Positions 21,450-32,215 of a stretch of DNA of 64,000 bases are shown piece after piece (the first letter of the stretch is position 1; each line of letters opens with the position of its first letter). Source of the DNA: a virus (Duplodnaviria > Caudoviricetes); IMG/VR virus record IMGVR_UViG_3300021400_000063. One strand, written 5' to 3'. Both the position numbers and the translations under genes were made by a program. The notes below the pieces were generated by a model, which did no database searches, was not told where the DNA came from, and was given only the letters and a program-made list of their open reading frames with translations.

Positions 21450-21848
21450 TTATTCAGAAAAATTAACAAAAGATATAATCCTTGTATACTTTTTATTGTT
21501 AAATTTAAAGTTTCGTTCTTCATCAGCACGATATCGTTCATAATGATAATAACCTATTTGTTTTGTAAAATCTTCTAAACAACGCTTCAAAGATACTATA
21601 GCATCCGAATAATCAAACACTTCAAAATCATCGTCATAGATAATTCGTGCTTGTTTAGTCAATGGATAATAATAAATCGTAACTCTTACTGTTTTATGTT
21701 CAGAATGAGTATTTTGAATTTTATATACTTCCATAAAAGTTTGTATCGATTCTATTTTAGCTTCTTCATTAGTAATTACTTCTTCACTAGATAAAGTAAA
21801 TAAAGGCATTAATAATGTGATTAATAATATTAATAATTTTCTTTTCAT
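21450..21848 (-). CDS. Secreted hypothetical protein
   Basis: N-terminal signal peptide MKRKLLILLITLLMPLFTLSS. Confidence 0.7.
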   Translation of the reverse strand: MKRKLLILLITLLMPLFTLSSEEVITNEEAKIESIQTFMEVYKIQNTHSEHKTVRVTIYYYPLTKQARIIYDDDFEVFDYSDAIVSLKRCLEDFTKQIGYYHYERYRADEERNFKFNNKKYTRIISFVNFSE

Positions 21849-21930
21849 ATTTCCTCCTTAAAAATAAACCCTCTAGAAATTTCTAGAGGGTTATAATATT
21901 AATTATTCTTTTTCTGGCATATTTTCTCCA

Positions 21931-24900
21931 TTAAATATGTTCTACACGATCACCAATATCACCCATTCTACCCTGATTCATATAATTTACAGTACCAGGA
22001 TATCCACATACACGTCTAGAAACATCCATCTGATGAGGATCTGTATTTCCACAACATGAACATTTCCAAATACGTTTATTTGTAATAGGATCACGAGCCA
22101 TATCAATATGATCAAAGTTTTTACAAATGTAACAATAGTCTGGTTTAGTATTTGCTTCGAAATACATAATATTTTTATAACCGGCTTCAATTACTTTGTG
22201 GAAAGCTTTCATATTATTGATGATGTTTCTTGAGCATTCGAAATAAGAAACAGCTCCACCAGTTGTATACTTCTGGAATGGTGCTTCGAATTCTAATTTA
22301 GAAATAGCATCGATCTTTTCTTTTACATTAATCTTTTATACCCTCAGTTTCCTGATATTTTAAAGGGAATAGACTATCTCATTAATTGTTAAAAACAATT
22401 ACTTTGCACTTCGCAATAAGGAATTTCACCTTAAAGCTACTCTACTCGGTTATTCCGAATTATATAAAATAATTCATATCCTTTCGATAGTCGTTACACT
22501 TCTATTCAATTCGTTCAAATTTATACCCTTTAGCACTTTTGGATCTACCATTTAAACAATCACTTACTGCTGCCGGATGAATACCATGAGAGATGGCAAA
22601 ATCAGTAGCATTTTTATGAATTTCGGTATGTCCATCAGGATATATAGCTTTGAATTTAACAGTTCGAGATGTGTTTTTAGGTTGATCTTGTTTAGGAATC
22701 CAAATACAATTATCGGGATCATAGTTACCATTTACATCTTTTCTTTCTAACGAAACATTATGTGATCCAATTTTATTAGCTAATTCTAAATATGAATCAT
22801 ACATTGCATCGTAAAAATCGATAAAGTTTTTAAATGCTTCACTATTTATACCCCTATTAACATACCTATCAGCATGTTCGTAATTTGGATTAGTGGTTCT
22901 AGTACGCATTGCTTGCCATCTATCATAAAATACAGGATCTAATGTTTTTAAACCCTTTCCACAAGATTTATGAAAAATTCCTGCAGATCTATAGATTGTA
23001 GCACCAAGCATTTCTTTGCGTCTACCACATTTTTGACATTCCATGACGTAGTATTTACTTATATAAGGATACTTTCCAGTATGCCTTTTTTTAATTATAT
23101 CTACGCATTTGTAGTCACCCATCACATCTCCAATTGAAATAACATAAAACGGATGCATATTAAAACTCCATAAAATAAAATATATTATTTATGTTACGAA
23201 CTTCTTTTTAATATACATTATGTTACGAATTGAAAATTTAGCACGGTATTTCCATGTCCTTAAAAAGGATTTAGGATCTCTTACCACTTTAATCTTTCGA
23301 TTTAGTTGACCGTTAGCCGGATATTAATCGTATCCGACACCCTAGATTTCTAGGTTCACAAAGTTTTCCATATGCATTTACATACATAGGCCACCTCATT
23401 ATTTATACTCGTATAATGTTTATGCAACATTTAAAAGTTGATGGTACGAGTTAGTCACGTAATCTTTATCGGTAATGCCTTCAATAATACCATGACGTCT
23501 TTGTAAAGCTTTTGCGAATTCAAATGTTGCAGATTCTTCAGGAGTTCCATAAACAGAATAACCATAGTCATCTTGTTTATTCCATTCTTCACACTTATCA
23601 GCCATATGTTTAACAATAGAAAGAGCAAAATCTCTAGCAGATGGATCTGTATGAGGTACACCTTTAAGAGCCATAACAGTTTCATACAAACCTACATAAC
23701 CTAATGATGTAGTAGAATATCCGCCAGTTAAATATTTATCGATTGTTTCACCTGGTTTAAGGCGAGCAATTGCTCCGAACTGCCAATGTACTGGAGAAAC
23801 ATCGGATTTAGTACCAAACAAACGTTTTTCAATACGCTGTTTATGTGCTTTATGACAAAGTTCAAGACGTTCATCGAGAAGTTCCCAGAAATCTCTTCCA
23901 GTTTCTTTAGAAGTAAGAGCAACATCAGGAAGATTAATTGTAACAACGCCTTTGTTGACTGTGGGCGTAAACACATAGTAGACTATCTCTTCAATAATAA
24001 ATGTAAATTTATCATTGTCGTGCGCTTCGAATAGTATCAATCTCTATTCTACAGGGCTACACTCATCACCCTTAGTCGTTACACCTTTATTCTTAAAAAA
24101 GAATACTTGGCACGGTATTATTTCTTTATTCAATAAAGAACCTTCACCGTTAGCAATGGCTTATGTTTTTAAGCGACCATCACACCCCTTTGATATGGGT
24201 TCACACGATTTAACGACGGCTCAACTGCGTTAGTTAACCGTCCCCAGAATTTATAATTACCATTTTCATCTTTCCAAGGAGAAAGGAATGAACGACAGTT
24301 ATGACTAAGGAAAAAGTTTGCCATAAAATGGCCTGTTTCAGTAGTAACATCATAAACAAATTCTGGAGTTTCAACACATTCTTTTATAACAACACGTCTA
24401 GCAATAGGTTTATACTTATATTTTTCATTGCCGGTGTCAAGGCTATCATAAATACAAAGTTCTTTTCCAAGCATATCTTCAACTTTACATTCATATGCTT
24501 TTTCAGGATCATAGAATTTTCCTTCTTCAGAAATGTCGGCAACAATCATAGGATGATCATTTGTAGCATAAAGAGAATGATATTCTTCACCATTTTTAAG
24601 AATTGTAAGTTCATACATCTTAAAACTTGATCCGACATTTTTATTCATCATAGTACATTTAACAAATTTTTGAACACTATTGTCGAAAATTTCAATATTA
24701 AGATTCTTAAGATTTAAATCTTTATTAGGATTACCAGTTTGTCCAAATTGATCTTCTTCTTTAAGATTGAATGTATTTTTAATACTGTTATACATACCAC
24801 CGATACAACCAACATATGTTTCGCCATTAATTTTATACATAACATCTGTATCAGGATGTACAGCTCCCATACAGGCAAATACATTTCCTTCTTTAAGTTC

Positions 24901-26442
24901 ACGCATAACTTTAGCAGAAATATAATCTGGAGCTAAACGTTCAACAGAACATCTTTCTGCAATTTCAGTAAGATAATAATATTCAGAATTTTCCCAAACA
25001 TTATTTTCATCAAGTACATAAAGTACTTTAGGGAAAGCTGGTCCAAAGTATACACCAACTTTATTTTTAACACCAAGAAGTCTCTGTCTTAAGAAAGCTT
25101 CAATTACCATAGCGTAATCTTTACGATCTTCTTCAGGAGCATCATTAATGTTAATATATGTAGAAACAAAGGGAGACTGCATTTATTCCCTTCTCCAAAC
25201 GTTATTTATTATTCCGTTTGGATTAGACTATCTCTTCAGCCTATTATTTATATAAATAATAGGTTGGGTGGCACTTCGCAATAAGGAATTTCACCTTAAA
25301 GCTACTCTACTAAGTTCCATAGATAATATCTATGTCTGTTCGATAGTCGTTACACCTTTATTCTTAAAAAGAATACTTGGCACGGTATTAGCATAAGATA
25401 TAATAAAATGCTTTCACCGTTAGCTATTCATAAAAAAATGAATAACACCCCATATTTATGGGTTCACCACCTTTTCACTTACATGTTACCATGTAAGGCG
25501 GCCAGTCAGTTAACCGTTTGTAGTCATATGAGTAAGAACTTGATATTGAAGGAGTTGAATGCCATCATCGATGTGTTGTTTTAACTGCATTTCAACATCA
25601 TCTAAAAGTTGTTCTTCAGTATAAGTCATTCCAATATCTTCATAACGTTTACGAGTACGTTTAATAAATTTTTCACGAGTAATTTTAACAAATTGAGCAA
25701 TATGCCAAAGATTTACAGTTTGACCACCATATTGACCTGATGCAATATGTGATTCAATTTGTGTAGCAACAGTACATGCGACATCAAATGATTTAGGAGT
25801 ATCAATGAATACACCATTGATAACTGTACCATTTTTATACATATCATCAAGATTGATTAAACAACAATTAAATAATCTGCGTGCAGAATATCCCATATCG
25901 TGAATCTTGATAATCTTTTCAGCATTTGCTTCCAATACATCTTTACTGAAAACTTCTTTATAGTCAAGTAATTCTTTATCCAATTCACAAGCTGCATAAT
26001 CTGCTTGTGTAGAAAGTAAATATGCATTTTTATTTGCATTTTCCTGTTGAATATCTTCTGAAGTACATTCATAGATATTCCAAGCTCTTTCCATAAGAGC
26101 TTTATATTTAGATGCTAATTCAGCATTAAGTGCTGTAGTATCACCATCTCTTTGTAAAGCATGTGTATAACGATAAATTGTAAATGCTTTAGCTAACTCC
26201 CATGAATATACAGAAATTTCTTTTTCTACCAAATCTTGAATTTCTTCAACATTAAATTGGCGATTATAACTCTTGATTTTTTCAACAACATTTTCTGTAA
26301 TTTTATCAATAGTTTCATCTGAAATTTTAAAAAGATCATCAAGTGCATTATTAGCCTTAGCTATTGCATTCCTAATTTTAGAAGATTTAAATAACTCTTC
26401 TTGTCCATCGCGTTTAATAACGTTGGATTTAAATTCGTCCAT
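21931..26442 (-). CDS. nrdD: Anaerobic (class III) ribonucleotide reductase; 4 exons (26442-25513, 25179-24237, 23958-23441, 22332-21931) plus intein
   Basis: N-terminal ATP cone (VIKRDG); spliced junctions restore TTNG|QSPF, GR-F|NKGVVTINL, TNSYH|INV; MG-CRSFL; C-terminal CxxC pairs and glycyl-radical motif RVCGY. Confidence 0.95.
22333..23440 (-). mobile_element. Group I intron 3 of nrdD (1108 nt) carrying a homing endonuclease
   Basis: Upstream exon ends in U, intron ends in G; core motifs GTAACGACTA and GAGATAGTCTA shared with the other introns. Confidence 0.9.
22502..23158 (-). CDS. Intron-encoded HNH homing endonuclease with C-terminal NUMOD1/IENR1-like DNA-binding domain
   Basis: RWQAMRTR..., SLERKDVNGNYDPDNCIW motif; C-terminal AVSDCLNGRSKSAKGYKF. 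Confidence 0.85.
   Translation of the reverse strand: MHPFYVISIGDVMGDYKCVDIIKKRHTGKYPYISKYYVMECQKCGRRKEMLGATIYRSAGIFHKSCGKGLKTLDPVFYDRWQAMRTRTTNPNYEHADRYVNRGINSEAFKNFIDFYDAMYDSYLELANKIGSHNVSLERKDVNGNYDPDNCIWIPKQDQPKNTSRTVKFKAIYPDGHTEIHKNATDFAISHGIHPAAVSDCLNGRSKSAKGYKFERIE
23959..24236 (-). mobile_element. Group I intron 2 of nrdD (278 nt, no ORF)
   Basis: P1 GACGGU pairs with GCCGUC, U.G at the splice site; terminal G; shared core motifs. Confidence 0.9.
24298..24864 (-). mobile_element. 189-aa mini-intein with Ala1, inserted before the catalytic Cys of NrdD
   Basis: CMG|AVHPDT...ATNDHP...VYDVTTETGHFMAN..SHN|CRSFL; no endonuclease domain. Confidence 0.9.
25180..25512 (-). mobile_element. 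Group I intron 1 of nrdD (333 nt, no ORF)
   Basis: Exon ends GGU, intron ends G; P1 CGGU/GCCG; ~40-nt block identical to intron 3. Confidence 0.9.
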
Positions 26443-26558
26443 AAAATACCTCTGTACGTTTATAATAAGTATCCATCATAATTCTCGGCCCTATGGATAC
26501 ATATGTATGTCAAACAGTATTAATAAAAAAAAGAAGAAAGATTAATCTTTCTTCTTTT

Positions 26559-26827
26559 TATATTTAATAAATGTGTATATACAACAATTATGTATATACA
26601 CATTTATTAGTTACTGGATCTATACCAGTTTCTTTAATGAACTGATCCCTAGTCAACTGTTTGGTGTCAACTAAAGGGAATTTAGTTCCATGATATTCAA
26701 ATGGTACACTAAAGTAATAAGTGTATGATTGATTATCACTCATAGTTTTCACCTCCTTGGTAAAAGCTATATTTAGAGAGGGGTGTTCCAGCACCCCTCT
26801 CTATCTTTTATCCATAACTATAATATA
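26559..26827 (-). repeat. ~270-bp duplicated cassette, copy 2
   Basis: Near-identical to 4385-4651. Confidence 0.95.
26588..26743 (-). CDS. 51-aa small protein, copy 2
   Basis: RBS-supported ATG at 26743; 4 aa differences from copy 1. Confidence 0.8.
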   Translation of the reverse strand: MSDNQSYTYYFSVPFEYHGTKFPLVDTKQLTRDQFIKETGIDPVTNKCVYT

Positions 26828-26829
26828 CA

Positions 26830-26991
26830 AAAAAAGAAGGAGATATATCAACGACACATCTCCTTCAAAGAGGGGTAAGTTAAGAAGTAGGTGTAACCTT
26901 TCCAAATCCTTACCCTAAACAAAGCAACATCATTTCTCCTATATTAATAAACATGTGATGTTAGAAATGGAAATAAAAATTTCCTACTTCT
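26830..26991 (-). ncRNA. Candidate early sRNA
   Basis: Early promoter at ~26993-27007, closing stem AGAAGTAGG/CCTACTTCT, own terminator; only a 7-codon ORF. Confidence 0.5.
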
Positions 26992-27055
26992 ATCATTATA
27001 ATATATAATTATAAAAAAATATAAACTACTGGTTTTAAACCAGTAGTTTATTTAA

Positions 27056-29083
27056 TTAAATTGGAGTTAAAGTATATCTTAAATAATCTATTACATTACT
27101 TTCATATTCTTTACTAGAAGTTATACTCATTTGTTTTTCAGAATCATTCAGAACCTTTGTTACAGGTTCATCTTCAGTCGAATATAAATCAATTGTAGAA
27201 CTTTGAGTTGAAGTATAATCTTTAAAAAGAGCATGAATATATCTACTATCAAAATTATAAACTTTTGTTTTAATAGGTACATTTGTAACGATCTTTGTAT
27301 TAGGAGATTTTTCAACTGCAATTAAATCTAAAGGATTTATAGATAAAAATTGAGCTTCATCGTTAAGATTTAAAGTAAATGAATTTGTAGATCCATTAGT
27401 AGTAAACATAATATTACCGCTAACAGAACTATTTACATTAAATACAGTATCAGTATTTTCTTCTCTATAATTAACTAAAACACTTAAAAATTTAGAAGAT
27501 TTCTTATTGTTTATAGTTAATTCATTAGTACATATAACTGAACTTGAGAAAGTCGGATTGAATTTATCTAAAAGTATTTTAGTAACATTGTATTTACATT
27601 CGTTATCAAAAAATGGCATATCAACTTCTGAAGCATCGTTTATGAAATTTAAATTTCCGCCACTAAATTCTGCTTTATTAATATCTATTTTTGATACTGG
27701 ATAAGATTCATATGAACCAACATTCATATTTAAAAATCTATAATATCCACCACTTATAGTTACATAAGCACTAGAAAGATTCAAATCACCAGATATTGTA
27801 AAATCACAATCAGATAAATTTATTTTTGTAGTGTCTGTTAAATCAAAAGATGATCCCTTAACTACACAATTATTAAAACAAAGTTTTTCTAATTTAGCAT
27901 TAGTACGTTCAAACAATGTAACATTTTCATTAATCTTTGTATCAGAAAGATACACTTTATTAATTTCTACATTTTTCATTCTAAAAATAGTTAAATTTCT
28001 AGAATGTTTATTTATAATATTTGAACTGTAAAGGTTTATAGATCTTGTGGTTCCAGTGGTATCTTCCAAAAATTCAATGAGAGCATACTTAGAAGATATA
28101 GATGCTGAACTCTTAATCACGACATCGATTTCATGTAAATTGGTAACTGCGACTCTACCTACTTTAATCATAGGAGCTGTAGGATCAACTTCACTAATAT
28201 TTCGTTTAATACCCGATATAGTTAATTTATCCATTCTATCGAGTTTAAGAATTCCACCATATCTTACAGGATCATCAACTTCAATCTTATTAATAAAACA
28301 CTTACTAAAACCTTGAATAAGAATTCTTTCAAACTTAGCATTTTCATTTATTTTTTCTTTACCAAAAATTCGAATAAATGCTGCAGTGAATTTAGTATCA
28401 AGATAATTATTAGCATCTTTATTATAGTTAGAAAATGTTGTAAATATTGTACTATAAATAGCCATATTAACAACATCCATTTGATCTTTAACCAAAATGC
28501 TAAATGAACAACTTTTATCAGAATCCTTATTAAATGTGTCAATTGTACAATATGTAATATCTAATTTCTTTACAATTAGAGTAACGTTATCTTCTAACAA
28601 AAATGTACCAGAATTTATTTCAAGTGAGTCAATTTCACCATAATCAGTTGAATCTAATCTGATAGATCCACCATAATTACCTTTTTCAGAAGTATCGACT
28701 GATCCCATATCAATGTAAATTTTCTTACAATTTTTAACAGCAGCAGCAAATACTTTAGATTGAATTACAAATTTATGATTTCTTGAAGTGTTTATGATAT
28801 TAAAACTTTTGTATCCATTTCTAGCATTAATATAATTAGCTATATCATCATTCATTTTATTTATAGCTTTAAAATTATCATTAATGGTAAATGTTTTAGT
28901 TTGTACAGAATCGATATTATCAAGTAATGGTAAATAACCACTTTCAATTTCAGTTTTATCTGAATCTGTAATTACACTAGTAGAATGTAAAAGATATACA
29001 TAAATATCTTTATCAGTTGTAGATAACAATACATAACGTGTATTACAATCTAATTTTTTAAGTAAATGAAAATCATCAGCCAT
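27056..29083 (-). CDS. Probable beta-helix-type virion/tail protein
   Basis: 675 aa, alternating hydrophobic and Asn/Ser-rich strand pattern. Confidence 0.6.
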   Translation of the reverse strand: MADDFHLLKKLDCNTRYVLLSTTDKDIYVYLLHSTSVITDSDKTEIESGYLPLLDNIDSVQTKTFTINDNFKAINKMNDDIANYINARNGYKSFNIINTSRNHKFVIQSKVFAAAVKNCKKIYIDMGSVDTSEKGNYGGSIRLDSTDYGEIDSLEINSGTFLLEDNVTLIVKKLDITYCTIDTFNKDSDKSCSFSILVKDQMDVVNMAIYSTIFTTFSNYNKDANNYLDTKFTAAFIRIFGKEKINENAKFERILIQGFSKCFINKIEVDDPVRYGGILKLDRMDKLTISGIKRNISEVDPTAPMIKVGRVAVTNLHEIDVVIKSSASISSKYALIEFLEDTTGTTRSINLYSSNIINKHSRNLTIFRMKNVEINKVYLSDTKINENVTLFERTNAKLEKLCFNNCVVKGSSFDLTDTTKINLSDCDFTISGDLNLSSAYVTISGGYYRFLNMNVGSYESYPVSKIDINKAEFSGGNLNFINDASEVDMPFFDNECKYNVTKILLDKFNPTFSSSVICTNELTINNKKSSKFLSVLVNYREENTDTVFNVNSSVSGNIMFTTNGSTNSFTLNLNDEAQFLSINPLDLIAVEKSPNTKIVTNVPIKTKVYNFDSRYIHALFKDYTSTQSSTIDLYSTEDEPVTKVLNDSEKQMSITSSKEYESNVIDYLRYTLTPI

Positions 29084-29088
29084 AGTTA

Positions 29089-29598
29089 TTATTTTCCAGA
29101 TGCTTTAGTTGAATTGAATCTATCGATCATAGCAAAATCATTATCATTCATTCCTAATGCTTCAGGATCCAATTTATCTAATGCTTCTTTTCCACGATTA
29201 TCGCGAATTTCAGACATAGATGGTTTAGAAACATCTCCAACTTTTCTAGAAATTTCGTTAAGAAGATTTTGCATAAGGAACTGATTAGTACCAGCATCAG
29301 TTTCCTGAGATTTAGAATTTCTTTCACGAATCTCAAGATCCGCAATAGTTTTGATAACATTAGATTTTTCTTTAATGATATTTACTTGAGTTCCTCTTAT
29401 TTCGGAAAGAACCTTACCAGTTTCAGCGATAGATTTTGATGGTGATGTAGAACCTATCATACGTTCACCATTTAATCTGCTTAAATCTTTTTCAAGAGAT
29501 TTATGTACTTCATTATATAATTCGGTATTAAGTTTTGCTTGCTCATTTAATTCTGTAATAATAGGAGCAAATTGTTCTTCATAAGATTTTACAGCCAT
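29089..29598 (-). CDS. Hypothetical coiled-coil protein
   Basis: 169-aa ORF, late-type promoter. Confidence 0.7.
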   Translation of the reverse strand: MAVKSYEEQFAPIITELNEQAKLNTELYNEVHKSLEKDLSRLNGERMIGSTSPSKSIAETGKVLSEIRGTQVNIIKEKSNVIKTIADLEIRERNSKSQETDAGTNQFLMQNLLNEISRKVGDVSKPSMSEIRDNRGKEALDKLDPEALGMNDNDFAMIDRFNSTKASGK

Positions 29599-29683
29599 AT
29601 ATTTACCTCGCTAATTATATGAATTTGTCAAACAGTTATATATAAAACGATATTTATATTCTATATGGAGTTAATAAATTATT

Positions 29684-29896
29684 ATGATTTCCCAAGAGTC
29701 AATAGATTGGTTAACTAATAATGTACACAATGATGGTACATTAAGTTCATCTATAAAGAAACCAAAATTTATTAAAATGTATGGAAAAACTAGATCAGAT
29801 ATGATATGGTATAAATCCATTGTAAATAATCAAGATGGTTCAGAAATTTTAGTACCAGCTAAACCTGAAGAAATTAAATTTTGGAAATTAAAATGA
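29684..29896 (+). CDS. Small hypothetical protein
   Basis: 70-aa ORF, GGAG RBS, terminator downstream. Confidence 0.6.
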   Translation: MISQESIDWLTNNVHNDGTLSSSIKKPKFIKMYGKTRSDMIWYKSIVNNQDGSEILVPAKPEEIKFWKLK

Positions 29897-29927
29897 TAAA
29901 CTGGGAGAGAAATCTCCCAGTTTTATA

Positions 29928-31289
29928 TTATTCATTATTTACACCAACTTCATAATTTTCATCATATCCTTCAGTCTTATTAACTAATTTCATTACAGCA
30001 TGACAATAAGTAGAAAAGTTTTTACCTTTCTTATCAGTATTTTCATATATGAAATCTATATTAGCTATATTATAAAGACCCGAATATAATTTATGAGATT
30101 CCGGAGTATCGCAAGTTATTCTAACATTTTTATTTGGAGAAAAATGTGAAGCGTTAATTCCTGTCATTACAAATGAAATTGGTACTCCTAATGATTTTTC
30201 ATACATATATGATGACATGTTAAATCCATTATTTAGCATATCATAATCTGTAATAATTTTTGTTCCAACATCAACTCTAGACTGTCTAGGTTTTAATACT
30301 TCATGTAATGGTGAAACAAATTGTGTATTATCGTCTCCAGAAAAAGCACTATTTATAACAGATGCAAAATTAGAATAAACAAACTTATCACCATGTAATG
30401 CACCTTCTATAGATTCATAATCTTCTTTACCAACTTTAGTTCGTCTTTCATAGAAAATTATTTTTTCTTTTTTAGCTTCAGTTACATAATCTGGAGCATT
30501 TGGAGTTCCAACTTGTTCACACAATTTAACATTAATTTCAGTAATTTCATCTTTAGCACCACTATGACGATTCTCAAGTTTATTTAAAACATAAAGCATT
30601 CCATTGTCAAAAAATAATTCAAGAGATTTATCATAAATACCATAATTGTGTTGAATTCCTAATATAGCATTTTTGAGATCTGCTGGTTTAACTATAAGAT
30701 CACGATATGCAATAGTATTTGTTGGTTTATCAACTAAACAAGATTCTACATATGGATTTTGCTCAATAATAGACATTACAGCTGTCATAGGTGTAGCACC
30801 TTTATCAGCTGAACCAAAAATATAATTATGTAAAAAAGTTCGCATTTGAACATCTTTCTTGAGTAATAGGCTTAAATTCAATTCAACAGCGTTCATTTCA
30901 CCCATAGTTTCAGGTTCATATGTAGCTTTAGGTTTTTCTACAGATGAATTGACTTTTTTAGCAGAAGATGTTAATGAAGGAATTCTTTCTTTATCACAAT
31001 AACAAGCAAATTCATATTCGTTAACAATTTCATGATTAGTTAAACTTTCTTTATTTTCACCATAATAAACATATTGTTTAACAGTAGCATTTATCTCTTT
31101 ATCTAACATTCTAAAAACATCAAGATCTTTATCATATACTTTACAAACCATATTGTAAGTAGGCATAAAATTATCAAAATAATTAGAATGTTTTTCAAAT
31201 CTACATAAAGCATAAGGTCTAAATTGTATATTTCTAGAAGGAATATTAAATATTATATCCCAAAAATATTCGTAATAAAGTTTAGCCAT
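29928..31289 (-). CDS. Probable baseplate hub/tail structural protein
   Basis: 453 aa; C-terminal SGLYNIANIDFIYE pattern resembles hub-like proteins; late-type promoter. Confidence 0.5.
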   Translation of the reverse strand: MAKLYYEYFWDIIFNIPSRNIQFRPYALCRFEKHSNYFDNFMPTYNMVCKVYDKDLDVFRMLDKEINATVKQYVYYGENKESLTNHEIVNEYEFACYCDKERIPSLTSSAKKVNSSVEKPKATYEPETMGEMNAVELNLSLLLKKDVQMRTFLHNYIFGSADKGATPMTAVMSIIEQNPYVESCLVDKPTNTIAYRDLIVKPADLKNAILGIQHNYGIYDKSLELFFDNGMLYVLNKLENRHSGAKDEITEINVKLCEQVGTPNAPDYVTEAKKEKIIFYERRTKVGKEDYESIEGALHGDKFVYSNFASVINSAFSGDDNTQFVSPLHEVLKPRQSRVDVGTKIITDYDMLNNGFNMSSYMYEKSLGVPISFVMTGINASHFSPNKNVRITCDTPESHKLYSGLYNIANIDFIYENTDKKGKNFSTYCHAVMKLVNKTEGYDENYEVGVNNE

Positions 31290-31560
31290 AATTGTATTCC
31301 TATATTATAAAGTCCATAATAAAAAGAAAAAAAAAGTCCCTGGTCACGGACCAGGGACTAACACAGAATTGTATTCGAATTATCTGAGGTTGAATAATTC
31401 GATGTTGGCATCAAAATAATTTATCTTACGAATGTGCTGAAAGATAAACATTTCAAAAGCCGTAAGGAGGTCTTCAAGACATTAATGTTTATGTCGAGAA
31501 CAAGTAAAAGCAAAAAAAGTTGAGTTTTAATGTAGAAGAGGAATTAAACTTCAACTTTAT

Positions 31561-31629
31561 TTGGTGTGATAGGATTTGCACCTACAATCACGGAAATTGT
31601 AATTTCCATTACCTAAGATTTACACACCA
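31561..31629 (-). ncRNA. D-armless tRNA-like RNA (family 2, copy A)
   Basis: Acceptor TGGTGTG/CACACCA, T arm GTAGG-TGCAAAT-CCTAT, linker TAAATCTTAGG, stem ATGGAAA-TTACAA-TTTCCGT. Confidence 0.7.
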
Positions 31630-31662
31630 CACACATACATATGGAATATATTATATTATCTA

Positions 31663-32109
31663 CTAATATATACCATTTGATAAGTCTGACAATTCGGTAG
31701 GACTGAATTCACAATAACCACCGATATCTTCACCAAGTCCTTCAATAGAACAATCTGGTGAATCGATTCCGAATTCATAAGGATCGAATGCGATAGCTAA
31801 TGTATCTCCAGCCAACTGATAGTAATCAGATGGGAATTGTTCAATTCCAGAGAAATCTCCAGAAAGATCAAGATTCATAACAGAACTTCTATTCAATGCG
31901 TTAGCATCGATTACAATAAGTTCAGCATTTTCAATTTCGTCACGATAAGCCGCATATCTAGAATAATACGGATCGCCACGTCCAAATTCATCCATTGGTC
32001 TGCCAAGATCAGGATTCAATCCTTTGATCTTACAGATCAAATCGTCGGAAATCAAATCTTGCGCAAGGATCTGATTACCTCCAAAGTCCATTGGTTCCTC
32101 AATAGTCAT
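31663..32109 (-). CDS. Acidic hypothetical protein
   Basis: GGAGG RBS favours ATG at 32109. Confidence 0.7.
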   Translation of the reverse strand: MTIEEPMDFGGNQILAQDLISDDLICKIKGLNPDLGRPMDEFGRGDPYYSRYAAYRDEIENAELIVIDANALNRSSVMNLDLSGDFSGIEQFPSDYYQLAGDTLAIAFDPYEFGIDSPDCSIEGLGEDIGGYCEFSPTELSDLSNGIY

Positions 32110-32215
32110 GAGATTCCTCCACATACGTATATGAAATTAGTAAGTTTAACCCTACTTGTTAATATTAAATTATATAAATTTAATCTTTTTTAAAAAACGG
32201 TAATATTATATACAT

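Noticed and set aside
21450-21848. Host assignment (e.g. spirochaete) from this secreted protein
   Set aside because: Impression only; cannot be supported without a database search
23420-25182. Track ORFs 23420-24040 and 24169-25182 as independent genes
   Set aside because: They are nrdD exons whose ends run into intron sequence
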